Origin: Massalongia carnosa
Lineage: Eukaryota
Length of the DNA: 64,000 nt
NCBI GenBank assembly: GCA_965645245.1
Contig: OZ287080.1
Coordinates: forward strand, 186,001-250,000
Direction: 5' to 3'
The notes under the pieces were generated by a model. It made no database searches. It had not been told where the DNA came from and saw nothing but the letters and a program-made list of their open reading frames with translations. Position numbers and translations under genes: made by a program. Below, piece after piece: positions 37,967 through 50,134 of this stretch. Position 1 is the first letter of the stretch. The number at the start of each line of letters is the position of its first letter.

Positions 37967-39295
37967 GCACGCGGGTGACAAAATAAATTGCAACGTGTAA
38001 GCGAATTTACCCCCCCTTTTTTATTCAAATTTTCATCTCATCATCAACCATCATCTGCATAGCTGATAAAATTCATCTAAATTACATGAGATCAATAACT
38101 AGTCATCGCCCCCTTTGCATCTTTCACCTCTTTCAATCTTTTGGGCATGGATAACACCCTTTCATTGATAAATTCCTGACTGACTCGAGCCCATCCCTCC
38201 CTAATCAGCTGCTCCAAACTTGCATCGTCCCAATGAGGAAATTTACGAACATGCTGCTTTGCGGGCTGCCAGCAATTTTCAATGGGAGCTAGATCAGGAG
38301 ATGAAGAACAATTGAAATAGTGCTCTAAATCGTGATCTAACTTCCACTTTTTGACCGCGTTTCGTCTCTTGCCCGTGCCATGACCAGAGTCTCCATCTTC
38401 TTCAAGTACGAAGTCATCTCCACGCTCCAACCAGGGCTTGACGACGGGATCAAGAATAGCGTCAATATACACCTGATGAGTCATTTTTCCATTGCTATTG
38501 CTGGGCACATCGTAGAAGTAGATATCCGACTTGAAATTGTAACCAACTGCTGCCCAGCAGTGCTTTCTTTTACGATCTTTCTCAGGTGGTGCATCACGAT
38601 GCTGAATACAATCCCAACGATATCTTGTTCCGGGCTTACGAATGATTCGTAACTGTCCTTCAGGCCCGTAGCCAAAATGAATCTCATCGCTGAATCGTAC
38701 GCGATGCCAGTCTTCGGACCGAGGATATTTATTTAACATAACTGTAGCAAATGCTTCTCTTCTTTCTTCTGATGCCATTGCCAGCCACCTTTTGACACAG
38801 GCTAGACATTTGTGATAATTCAAGGCAGCTGTAAGAGTTCTCTTCATTGTACGTCCCATCACGTCGGCCCCAATCTCCTGTGCTAAAGCATCCCATGTGT
38901 AGCGTTTTCCTTCCAATTGTAGATCTTGATCCTGCAGAATGTGATCTGCCTCCTTCAGCTGATCATCACTAATCTTCCGCTTTCGACCCCGAGTCTCAAC
39001 GAGAGAAGAATTGTGACGTGTGCGAGAAGAAGCTCCGCTTTTGATGATGTTATAGCCCGCGCGCTCGGCCACGCCAAATTCCTGAAAAATGGCCCGTGGA
39101 TCGAATGGAATTGCATGTGAGATGAGAAATTGATAACCTCCTTGAACTTTGGCCTTTGTGGGAGTATTATAATGAGGCTTTTTGGGTCGAGACATTGATG
39201 ATGAGATAAAAAGTTGAAAAAAAGGAGGGTGTTTTGATGGGGCATTCAGGGGTAAATTCGCTTACACGTTGCAATTTATTTTGTCACCCGCGTGC
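37967..39295 (-). mobile_element. Tc1/IS630-like DD38E transposon, apparently intact
   Basis: Perfect TIRs of about 47 bp (GCACGCGGGTGACAAAATAAATTGCAACGTGTAAGCGAATTTACCCC). Confidence 0.95.
38092..39195 (-). CDS. DDE transposase (367 aa), uninterrupted
   Basis: RVRFSDE, FVLEEDGDSGHG, SPDLAPIENCW; full ORF between the TIRs. Confidence 0.93.
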   Translation of the reverse strand: MSRPKKPHYNTPTKAKVQGGYQFLISHAIPFDPRAIFQEFGVAERAGYNIIKSGASSRTRHNSSLVETRGRKRKISDDQLKEADHILQDQDLQLEGKRYTWDALAQEIGADVMGRTMKRTLTAALNYHKCLACVKRWLAMASEERREAFATVMLNKYPRSEDWHRVRFSDEIHFGYGPEGQLRIIRKPGTRYRWDCIQHRDAPPEKDRKRKHCWAAVGYNFKSDIYFYDVPSNSNGKMTHQVYIDAILDPVVKPWLERGDDFVLEEDGDSGHGTGKRRNAVKKWKLDHDLEHYFNCSSSPDLAPIENCWQPAKQHVRKFPHWDDASLEQLIREGWARVSQEFINERVLSMPKRLKEVKDAKGAMTSY

Positions 39296-39503
39296 CCGCT
39301 TACACGCCTAGTGCCGTCCGTCACGGTGACAACTTCACTAGCCCCCAGCAAGCTGGTGCGTTTTTGCTATTAGCATTACGGGAAAAAGAAAAAGGAAAGC
39401 TCCCTTGTCATCGTTGACGAGTAACCCAGAGCTAAAGAAACGCGTCCTTACTCTTCCGCTTCAAACAAATATCCCAACCTCTCAGTTCTAAGCTATTTCC
39501 CGG

Positions 39504-41163
39504 ATGGATACTTGTCCTCTGCAAGTCAACAGAAAGCTTTGGAATCGATTCTATGAGCCTTTGATACTCTTGCTAGCTTATGGTAAATCACAAAGGGAGC
39601 ATGTCAAGCTCAACGACGCATTATCAGAAGGGGACCTGAGTGGCAGCAATAACTCGCTGTGCAAAAAATTCCTGGACGAGCTCGCATACATATGTGATTA
39701 CTCGCCCAGCGGAGATACTGTGGCAGCAATTGCGATACAGGACGGACCTCAGCCGACCTACTGGGTGGCCGCAAACGCTAGCCAAGGGTCCAAAGTCAAG
39801 CCATTTCTCTTGAACATCTTGCAGTTACTTGCCCAAGTGTATAAGGCAAGCGAAGAGCATGTTGTGAAACTAGAACATCAGATTTCCGATTGTGCAATAT
39901 TATTTTCTGCTCAGAGATTGCGACGATACAAATATAAGCTAAAACGTGCAGTCGAAGCTTGTCTACTTAGGTTAGGGGGGGATAAAGAAGGTAGTATTCC
40001 TTTCTTACACCCAAATGCTCCCTTATAAGTCTCTGGCTCTTGGCTCACGATCAATCAGATGCAGATATATTTAAGGAATGGCTCATTTTATTACAAGGTT
40101 CAGAATTAGACCTATCCAACTTTTGCCGATTATGCTATAAAGCTAGAGAGACTCAACATTCTTGAAAGCAGTCAAAACAAAAGCGAAAGGAAGCAGCATA
40201 GAAAAAAGCACCTCACTTGGAGCTCAGTATGCCCGCGTTCAACATTTCATTGGTCGTTTAGGGTCACACATAAACGCCTCGTCGGTTTTGGTGAAAGCCG
40301 GGAGGCATTGTCCTAAGCTCTTCCTGGACTATTCGATTATAACTGCAATGCATCGTTTAAACTTCACACCGCCCTCTTACAGAACGAAGTCCTCAATTAA
40401 TAGTATCATCAATAGAATGGTGACAAATCCCCAAGCCTGCGATTACTATCAAAAAGAACTCCACTCTCAGGATAAAAAGTTCCACCTTGAGCTAGAAAAA
40501 CGCATTCGAGACGAATACAAAAACCCTAAGTTCAAGCTAAGAACCCATGCTGAGATTATCCTCTTAGATCTATTTCACCATAAGAATCTCCGGTTCCTAG
40601 ATGGAATTCGATATATTGGCGTCAGTAAACCGGCTTGTTTCTTGTGTTATCGCTACTTTCAAGCTCACCCTCTACAAGTTCAAATTTCGGGATGTAGTAA
40701 CAACTTGTATATTCAATGGCAGCCTCCCTACATTCTGGAAGACTCGCCAGCGTTAATCAAAGAATAAGAAGATATCCTAAATACGATGATTAAAGGAATC
40801 CGGCTTTTTGTGCTGGACAAGATCGTACCAGACTATCGAGGGGTAAGATCTCACCCTAATTCGACGACAGGATTGTGAACGTTGGTATATGCGGATGACA
40901 TAGGAGCACCAACGGACGCACACAGTGGTAAATTTGGTATAACCAGCTATCTTCAAAGCTTAACTTATAATTCCACAGATTTGCCTCCCGCTACGTCAGC
41001 TTTGCCTTATCACAATGAAAGATCATACAGTTTAGAACTAAGATCTACCTCAAACGAAGCTATGAAGGATTGGGGACACGACTCCGTGGACTGGGAGGCC
41101 GAAGGAGTTGCCGATGAATCCGACCAAGACTCTAATGATGATGGGGGAGTGCCTTTGTTCTAA
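39504..41163 (+). pseudogene. OTT_1508-like nucleic-acid deaminase
   Basis: FLDELAYICD...GDTVAAIA N-terminal motif; HAEIILL...YIGVSKPACFLCYRY zinc motif; intron 39991-40058; frameshift in AGAGAGAC near 40145-40152; stops at 40765 and near 40876. Confidence 0.85.
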
Positions 41164-41346
41164 GAATGCTAAAGGCGAAAGTGGATATTATCGTTGTTGG
41201 CGATTAACAAGGTCGACCTCACTGTCTGACACGCGAGGAAGTGTGTCTGGCTTGCTTTGGAACAATATAGTTAGCTATAATTAATTTAGATACTTCTAGA
41301 GAAATGCTTATCAACATTGCTGACCCAGCGCCTGGAAACGAGTGAT

Positions 41347-41785
41347 TGTCAAGGACTGGGCAGGGGATTGAACTAATGTTCCTAGGAATTGGATTGGGTG
41401 ATCAAGATGTCTTTATTAATAAGGCTATAGCTAGGTGATGGATTGCTATACAAGACGTCGGACAAGGAGTCAACTATCTAAGTAACTTGTCCTTCCATTT
41501 ATATTTGTCTCGAACCCCTTTGCATGAAGATTCGATCAGTGTTCATCTCCCCCTATTATGAGACGTACGGCACGAAGGTTTGACGAGGTGTTTGACGATA
41601 AAAGGTGGAGATGAGGTTCTCCTGTCGTTGGTACGCTTTGATACAGCTTTGACCTGAAGCCGTTGAGAGGGGTCTAAACTCGATTTAGTAAATGAGATTC
41701 TGACTAAGCTGAATAGAGGAACGGGAGCTTAGTCAGATTCATCTGCGGGATTGATTCTGGATCGGGTTGGTTCGATTTCATGACA
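41347..41785 (-). repeat. Gypsy 3' LTR
   Basis: TGTCAAGG...CATGACA, near-identical to 47469-47916. Confidence 0.95.
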
Positions 41786-41825
41786 GTAGCTCCCCTTTCA
41801 AGAGCTGAGCTCCTGCGAAGCAGTT

Positions 41826-44800
41826 TTATTCATGACAGCGACATCGAGGAATGGAACAGGGGGTGAGATGTGGGCCGGATGCACCAGGATAGGCTTCGTG
41901 GAATTCGTCCAGAGCTTGTTGACAGTTGGTTAGTAGGTGAAATGGCTCCCAGGTGGGGGTATGTCCTTCCCAGTTGACGAAATACCTGAGAAGCGGAGGT
42001 TGATAACGTCTGTCCAGTTTCGAGTTCAGAATGCTGTTGACATACCATTCTCGCTGTCCATCTTCGGCTATTATTGGGTCGCGAAGCTCGGGAATTTGTC
42101 CTGGGAGGGGGTCGTCTGCGTCGTGTTGTAGCAGATTTACATGAAAGACCGGATGAATTTTAACCGTGTCGGGGAGTTCCAGTTAAACAACAAGAGGGTT
42201 GGCGAACACCTTACAGACTCGGTAAGGACCGACATTTCGATCGTCCAGTTTGGCTGCCGGACGGGCTGTCTGGATATTTCGGGTGTTCAGCCATACCATG
42301 TCTCCTACAAGATAACGAGGACAGGGACGGCGGTTCTCATTGGCGGAAGATTCGTATGAGGCCTGCGCGATCAACATCTCTTCTCGTAGGTGAGTGTCTA
42401 CGTCTCGCATCTTGTCTATGAATCGATTGGCGGCGATCAGGTTAGCGATTCCCTGGGCGGTCAGGTCTTGCGGAAGGGGCTCTTCGGGTTCGAATCCTAC
42501 CCTGGGGTGTTGTCCATAATTAGCCAGGAAGGGAGAGGCGAGAATGCTGGAGGAGTCGGTGTTATTGCTGGAGAATTCGGCACCGGGTAAGTACTGGGCC
42601 CAGTCATCTTGCATGTAATTGACGTATGCCCGAAGATAGTGCTCCATGGTTGTATTAGCCCTCTCGGTTTGGCCATCTGTCTCGGGATGAAAACTGGTTG
42701 ATAGCCTAGCATCAATTCTAAGCCGTTTACACATGATGTCCCAGAAATCGGAGGTGAATTGGGTGCCTCGATCCGAAATCAAGGCGTCTGGGAGACCGTG
42801 TAATTTCCATACATTTTGGTAGAAGGAGTTAGCAGCCTCTTCTACCTCCATGGAGGTGTTGGGGACGAAATGTCGCATCTTGGAAAGGCGATCGATGAAG
42901 ACGACGATATAACGATAGGTTATACCCATGAAGGTGCTCGGAGGCAGCGGACCTACGTAGTCCATGGAAACGTCACGCCATCGACGTTCGGGTGGGGACA
43001 GAGGGCGTAGCCATCCTTGGTATCGTTGGCGGGATGGTTTGGATCGTCTACAGGTGTGACAGTTACGAATGAATCGTTTGACGGTTTGATGCATACTGGG
43101 CCACCAGTATGATCGATTCATTAGTTCGTAGCATTTGGAACGACCGGGATGGCCACCTGCTACGCTGTCGTGTGCCTGTTGAATGAGACGGAGACGAAGC
43201 CGATCCGAATTGGGTACGTATCGACGGTTTCGAAAATAAAGAATCCCTTCTTTATCTTCACATTCGGCTAGCTGAATGCCGTTATGATATCTGACATTAT
43301 TGCGAAGCATGTCTAGAACTTTCAGAGAGAATTGATCCTGTTCCAGAGCTTGTTCCCATAACAGCTGAGTTGGGACGTCGGTCGGGTCTTGGCCAGGATT
43401 GGTTTGGTCGGCAGGCTGATCCAGCTGTGGTTCAGGTTCAATGAACTCGTGATCATGTTCAACGGACTCGGGATCCTGTTGGATGAACGCGGGGGCTAGG
43501 ATAATCGTGGATAAGAAACTTTTCGCCACTTCGTCGTCCAGGTTATGAGTTTTCAGGATGGTTTGATGCTGATGTTTATGTCTTTCATCAGTTTCATCCC
43601 CCTCTTTAGGGAGCTCTCCTGAGCGACGAGTCAGTGCATCTGGTTTTCCACCAGCTTTTCCGGGTCGATAGACTATTTTAAAGTCAAATCGGGATAAGAA
43701 TTCGGACCAGCGAGCTTGACGACGACTGAGTTGTTTGGTTGAAGCGAAGTATTCCAAATTCTTATGATCTGAGATAACGCTGATGGGGTGAGCAGAACCT
43801 TCCAATTCCGGTCTCCATTCTTCGAAGCATCGGACGATGGCCATGAGTTCCTTGTCATAGATCTCATAATTGCATTCGGCCGGGTTGTGTTTCTTGGAGA
43901 AGTATGCGATGGGGCGAAGCACGTTCTCGTTGTCATACTGAGAAAGGATACCACCAGAGACGTAGTCCGAAGCATCGGTTTCCACGATAATAGGACGATC
44001 GGGATCGAAATGCATCAGTATTAGTTCCGAGGTGAAAGCTTTTTTTAGAGTTTCGAATGCCTGTTGACATTTGTCAGTCCATTGAAAGCTGACCTCCTTT
44101 TTGGTTAGATTCGTCAGTGGGCCGGCTATCTTACTAAAGCCGTATACGAATCGTCTATAGAAGTTAGCAAATCCCAGAAAGCTTTGTACATCTTTCATAT
44201 TGATCAGTATTGGCCAATGAGTTACTGTTTCGATTTTAGCGGGGTCCATTTTGATTCCCTCGGTGGTTACGATTAGTCCGAGATAGGCAACTTCTGTGAC
44301 ATGAAATTTGCATTTGGTGATGTCTACTTGCAGCCCGGCTTCTCTCAGCTTGATGAGGATACGTTTGACGTGGATTTCATGCTCGCCTTCAATTTCGCTG
44401 TAGATGAGAATGTCATCTAGATAGGCCGTGCAAAAGTCGTCGAGATACTCTCGAAGAGTATCATTGATGAAGTGTTGAAAGGAGGCGGGGCCGTTACAGA
44501 GGCCGAATGGTAGGACCAGGGATTCGAAGAGGCCAAAACGGGTTCTGAATGCGGTGAGTTCTTCATCTCCTTCCTTGATGCGGAGCCGATTGAACGCTGA
44601 AATAATGTCCAGCTTGGTGAATATCTTAGCCCGACTCAGGCGATTCAGGGTTTCGGTGATCAGGGGAAGCGGATACCAATTCTTAATCGTGATGGCATTG
44701 AGGCCTCGATAGTCGACACAGAAGCGAAGTCCTCCTCCTGGCTTCTTTACGAACATGACTGGGGAGGCAGCGGGGGATTTACTAGCTCGGATGAAGCCTT

Positions 44801-46217
44801 TCGACAGGTTCTCATCAAGGTAGCGTCGGAGTTCTTCGATTTCGGTTCGACTCATGCCATAAAGAGCTTGATTCGGGATTGGAAAGCCTTCTTTTAGCTT
44901 TATGGCATGGTCGTAGGGTCGGTGTTCGGGCAGGACGTCCGATTCTTTTTTGGAGAAGACATCCAGAAAGTCGTGATACTGTTTGGGTAGAAGGGGGGCT
45001 GGGTCGACGTTCTTTCGCTCACGATAAGCGTTCAGTTCTTCGGCGGTCACTGATGATTGCAGTGTCAAGGGTTGAGGTTCGGGTTCGGTCACTGAACATA
45101 ACTGTGTCAGAGCCTGGTTCATACGGAACAGGGCTAAGTGATATTTCTTTTCACTAGGGCTGGACCGGGGGTTGGGTTGGTAGGTTGGTTTCGAGTGTGC
45201 CCAGTCAGTCTCTTGACGAAGGCGAGATTCGGGTTTGGGTTCAGGCTTAGGTTCAGGTTGAGTCAGGCCGAGAAAGTGATCGATTTCCTTCAAGGAGAGA
45301 GCAAACATCTCGTGACTCTTTTTTCGTCCGAGATAGTTGAAGTTGAGGGCGCCGATTTCACAGACGTCCAAAACAGGAGGATTGCGATTCTGCTGGGCAG
45401 CATGTCGCTGAGTGGAGGTGCGATACGAAGAGGGACTTCGATATCGGATTTTCGGTGAGTCGCCCTGTTCAATCGCTTTTTCGATACGACTGATGTCCTG
45501 ATTTTCGAGAGAAGTTATCTTACTATCGCGCGGCGTGGTTTTATCGGACAGGACAGGTTTTTCGGACAGGATTTGACTATTGGACGAGTAGTTTTCCGAT
45601 TCCCATACTTCCTGACTTTCCGCAGGAGATAGGATTTTCTCGCCCGTGTAGGCCTTCACCTTGACTGGATGAGGGCTACAATGAGCCAGGCAGAAAGAGG
45701 AAGACAGGGAGAGAGAGTTGGACTCGAAATCAGCGAGAGCTTGATTTCGTCGCAACCACGGGTGTCCCAGGACGATGGGGTAGGTTTTCAGTCCTGTTAT
45801 GAAAAGGAATAATCTTTCTACATGTCCGTTTAAGTCCATGATTACCTCGGCCACATGAGTGATATTTCCAGTCAGAGCCGGCTGACCGTCGAAGCCTTCA
45901 AGGCGTCGGGCGTATTTGAGGGGATGAAGGGGGATTTGGTGAGTTTGCGCAAACTTCTTGTCAATGAATGCATAGCCAGATGCACCACAATCAATCAGAT
46001 TGAGAGCTTGAATTCGAGATCTACCTAAACGTAAGATACATGATACCACTAGGTGGCTATCTCGAAACGCTTCTTCGGTTTCAAACAGCTCCAGAGCGGA
46101 GGCTGCGGAAAAACGAGTGTTTGATTGAAGGGGGGGAGAAAACGAGTTGGCTAACAGACAAGAAGAAATTAAAATAGGGCTCTGCGCGCGACGATGCGCA
46201 GAGTCTAGACGTTTCCC
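41826..46217 (-). pseudogene. Gypsy pol (PR-RT-RH-IN-chromodomain), one premature stop at 42183-42185
   Basis: LIDCGASG, AYLDDILIYS, ETDASDY, HPG...C..C zinc region, FHPETDGQTER; after the stop the same frame reads IHPVFHVNLL...WYVNSILNSK...YFVNWEGHTPTWEP. Confidence 0.93.
46180..46217 (-). promoter_or_regulatory. -1 programmed ribosomal frameshift signal at the gag/pol junction
   Basis: Slippery G GGA AAC just before the gag stop, 7-nt spacer, 8-bp stem CTCTGCGC/GCGCAGAG; the -1 frame is open into pol. Confidence 0.8.
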
Positions 46218-47398
46218 GAGTCGTCAGTCTCGGGAGTGAGGGTCGAGACGACTTCCATGTTGCGAAGGCGTTTGGTAGGCTTATTTGGACAGTCGGAGGC
46301 CGACCCGAGGTGTTGCAATTTGCAATAGAAGCACAGGTTCCAATTCTCGCAGATCTTCCTTACTCCCTCGGTTTTCAACGACTGACCTTTGACAGCCGCC
46401 ATGGCCTGACTTAGGTCCATGGGGTCTCCAGCTGGGGGGAAGGCGGGGGTTGGGATCAATGGGGTGACCGTGCCCGTGACGACAGTGCGGGGGAAAGGGG
46501 CAGCAGGAAGGTTGGTGCCGTTTCTTCGATTGGCGGGAGCTGATGTGGCCGGAGTCGTGGCCTTGGGTGCCAGATGACGGATCTGACGGATTTTCCGGTC
46601 CGTGCTTAACCACATTGCGACGTGCTCGTCGAAGGTGATTGGCTCCAGATTGGTGCCGGGGACTCGCTAGTGGACGGCCGCGGTTTGAACGGAGTAGTTG
46701 ATGTTTGCCTTCATGGCATCACTCAACGAAGCGTCTTCCATTCTGGATCGGTCTTTTTTCTGAGAGAAGAGAGTGTTGTACTCTTCGAAACTCAGAGAGC
46801 CCTGCTTGAGGGTTTCTCGAAGGTACTTACGGGCATCCTCTTGTTCGAAGGGGTTGCCGCAGGCTAGGCGAAGAGCAGAACGCCATTCGGAGAAGGTGGT
46901 GAGTCTACAAATGCCATCCACTCGATACGCATTCATAAGGTTGTGAGCTCGTTTCCCGATGGTGAGCCGATTCTCCGCGTATGCAATCTTGGAGGCATCG
47001 GTGGAGTATCGATCATGATTAACGTGCATCCGTTGAATGAGGCTCTGTTCCCAGGAGTCCAACTTGGCTTCATCTCCATCGTACTCGGAGATGTCGGGAA
47101 GTTTTTCGGAACGAAGATCGGTTTTGGACTCGGAATTCCGGGTCAAAAGGAGCTGCAGGAGGGCAGCTATCTGAGGGTCCATTGCCGGAACGGACGAGGG
47201 AGACGAGGTTGATGCTGGAGTGGGTATAGGGGGGTCGGGAGCTGGGGCGGCCTGCAACCGGGCCACCTTGTCTTGAAGTCGTCGTATTTCCGCGACGAAT
47301 GCTTCAGGATTGGTTTGGAACTGGTTTGGAAACAACTTCACGTTCTCGTCGATGAGAGGATTTTGGGGGACGGTCATCTCTTCTGAAGACGAAGACAT
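46205..47398 (-). pseudogene. Gypsy gag with one in-frame TAG at 46667
   Basis: Two ORFs in the same frame; GDPMDLS and NLCFYCKLQHLGSASDCP knuckle. Confidence 0.88.
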
Positions 47399-47468
47399 GA
47401 TGGTGGAATATGAGGGGGGACAGGGGCTAGTGCTATGAAAGGCACCTTTCGATGTAGGTCCGACGTAA

Positions 47469-47916
47469 TGTCAAGGACTGGGCAGGGGATTGAACTAATG
47501 TTCCTAGGAATTGGATTGAGTGGTCAAGCTGTCTTTATTAATAAGGCTATAGCTAGGTGATGGATTGCTATACAAGACGTCGGACAAGGAGTCAACTATC
47601 TAAGTAAATTGTCCTTCCATTTATATTTGTCTCGAACCCCTTTGCATGAAGATTCGATCAGTGTTCATCTCCCCCTATTAGGAGACGTACGGCACGAAGG
47701 TTTGACGAGGTGTTTGACGATAAAAGGTGGAGATGAGGTTCTCCTGTCGTTGGTACGCTTTGATGGTGATGGTACAGCTTTGACCTGAAGCCGTTGAGAG
47801 GGGTCTAAACTCGATTTAGTAAATGAGATTCTGACTAAGCTGAATAGAGGAACGGGAGCTTAGTCAGATTCATCTGCGGGATTGATTCTGGATCGGGTTG
47901 GTTCGATTTCATAACA
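47469..47916 (-). repeat. Gypsy 5' LTR
   Basis: Differs from the other LTR by about 6 substitutions and a 9-bp indel (manual count). Confidence 0.95.
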
Positions 47917-48490
47917 GTGATTGATTGAACAGCCAAGTGACAAAATTGAGGGAGAATTGGTTTTAGAGATACTGTTAGAACTCGATGTCAGTGGCTATGT
48001 TCAAAGTCACGAGGTATGTTTGAAGCGGGGTAGAACGCGGAATATATAAACTTACAACGCGAATTATTACAGTAAGCATCAAAACCGATTGACGTTGAGC
48101 CGACATGACCACCGAAGACGTCACCTATCGCATTCGCGTGAGAATTGCTCACAGTGACGATGAGGATCACTTTGTTAACATGAATGAGTTCTCCGACGGC
48201 TCCGAGGAATTACAGAAGCAATGGGTCAAAAGAATTACTGACCACATCTGGGGCTCTCAGGGCAACAGCTCCTTGGGGTTCTGTCGGACCGTTCTTATTG
48301 ATCTGGAAAATGATGTTCTCCTTGTCTATCTAAACTGGAAATTCTAGCTAGCTATATAGACCATTTCGCCACATTCTTTCATAATCTAGATATCTTCCAG
48401 CCACTTCTATTTACTAATAAATCATTAGTGATCCGGAACCCATGCGAGGTACAATGCTTTGAAATCATTGAGTATTAGAAATCAGATATA

Positions 48491-50104
48491 CCGTATAATT
48501 TCCCATATAAGCCTCGGGGCGTATACCTAAGATGACTGAATCGAGGTGATTTTGAACGGGGGTTTATAGCCAAAAGGGGTTAATAGCCAAATCATTTTTA
48601 TAGTCAAATAGGGGCTTATAACAACGGGTGAAAAAAAAAAAATTTCCCGGCACCCCCCAATACATTTTCTCTTTTTTTGATCATTGCCCTTCCTATACAT
48701 CTCAATATGGCCCCCCCACATATATCTCCTAAAAAGACTCCTACCGGTCCTCGTACAAAATCAGTTGTTTCCAGAAGCTTATGGGCATCAAGTATCAAAA
48801 AATCAGGCTATTCACAGTCATCTCAGACATCTTTCGGAGACAATACTCAGATAACTGAACAGTTTCGTTTGATACGTGAATCGGCTGATGACGTGTCTAA
48901 TAGAAATTCGGATGATGAAATCACTCGTCGAAGAAAATCCTACACACGAGAGAATAAGTTAGCTGCTATCAACTATGCTACAACAACTTGGAAGACTCAA
49001 AAAGACGGAACTCTTAAGCTTATTAGTAAATACGAAGCTGCAAAAAATCTAGGAATTGATCTAGCTATGCTTCGTAGATGGTTAAAAACAAGCTCCGTAA
49101 TCGAAAACATGAGTACTGGAATCAGAAAAAACAGACCTCTCAATACTGGCTGTCAGGAACCGGAGTTGGAAAGACAGCTGATTGAGCTGTTTAAAGAGAA
49201 AGGAGAAGCTGGAATGAAGGTTGATAAACGATGGATTATACGTCAGGTAAAACATATATATGCCGTATTGTATCCACATCGAATTATTCGAAAAGCGGGG
49301 AAAAGAGATGAGTATCTAGGCTTCAAATTCTCTGTTGGGTGGTTTGATAACTTCAGGAATCGAGTCGGTATTTCTCCACGAGCAGTTACCAAAAAATCAC
49401 AGATAGTTTCCGAGAATTTGCGGTCTACTATTGAAAGTTGGCTGCAATTCAATCAACGTAATTCTCAGCCCTTAATAGGTCAATTTCCACAGCACGGAGG
49501 GGGAAGATATCGTCTTTGTGATATTGGTAACATGGATCAAACCCCAATTGCGTACGAATTTCTGGACGGACATACCTACGATTTCAAGGGGGCTAAAACG
49601 ATATGGGCCAAGACGCATAGATCGGGATGGGATAAGAGACAAGCTACACTAATGGTATACGTCTCTGCTGATGGGATAAATCGTTGCAAACCGCTTCTTA
49701 TCTTCAGGGGAAAGGACGGAATTAAAAACAGTCGTATAAAGAAGGAGATAAGTCAGTATCATACAGGGGTGTCGATCCAATGGAATGATACTGCATGGAG
49801 CAATACCACGGTCATGATTCGATGGCTAAAGTATGTTTTAAGAGATGAAATAGGGTCGAATATTGAGGAAAACGATGGCGGGGAAGATAATAGCGGCGAC
49901 AGCGAGATGGATGAAGAATAATAGGAAGGTACTTCAAATTCAGTGAGAATTACTAGGAAAATTAAGTACCTCTATATCTTCTTAAGAATTAGGAGCTTAT
50001 AGCCCAATACCCCCCCTCGGTCTGAAAATTCAATTTTAGAACACAAGCTTATAGCTGAAAAGGGGTTAATAGTTAAGTCCAGGCTTATATGGGAAATTAT
50101 ACGG
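48491..50104 (+). mobile_element. pogo-like DNA transposon with internally deleted transposase (ORF 48677-49921)
   Basis: 24-bp TIRs CCGTATAATTTCCCATATAAGCCT, TA on both sides; FKFSVGWFDNFRNR, IGNMDQTP, KPLLIFRG; the DDE domain breaks off after WLKYV. Confidence 0.93.
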
Positions 50105-50134
50105 TATGGCATAGAAAGAAATAGCATCTGAAAG

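Larger units (their letters stand above)
41347..47916 (-). mobile_element. Full-length Ty3/Gypsy chromovirus-type LTR retrotransposon with GTGAT TSD
   Basis: LTRs 41347-41785 and 47469-47916; GTGAT at 41342-41346 and 47917-47921; polypurine tract beside the left LTR; gag and pol inside. Confidence 0.97.

Noticed and set aside
46667..46669. Programmed readthrough in gag (also considered at 42183 and 50864)
   Set aside because: Simple transitions from Trp or Gln codons explain them, and a separate -1 frameshift signal already links gag and pol
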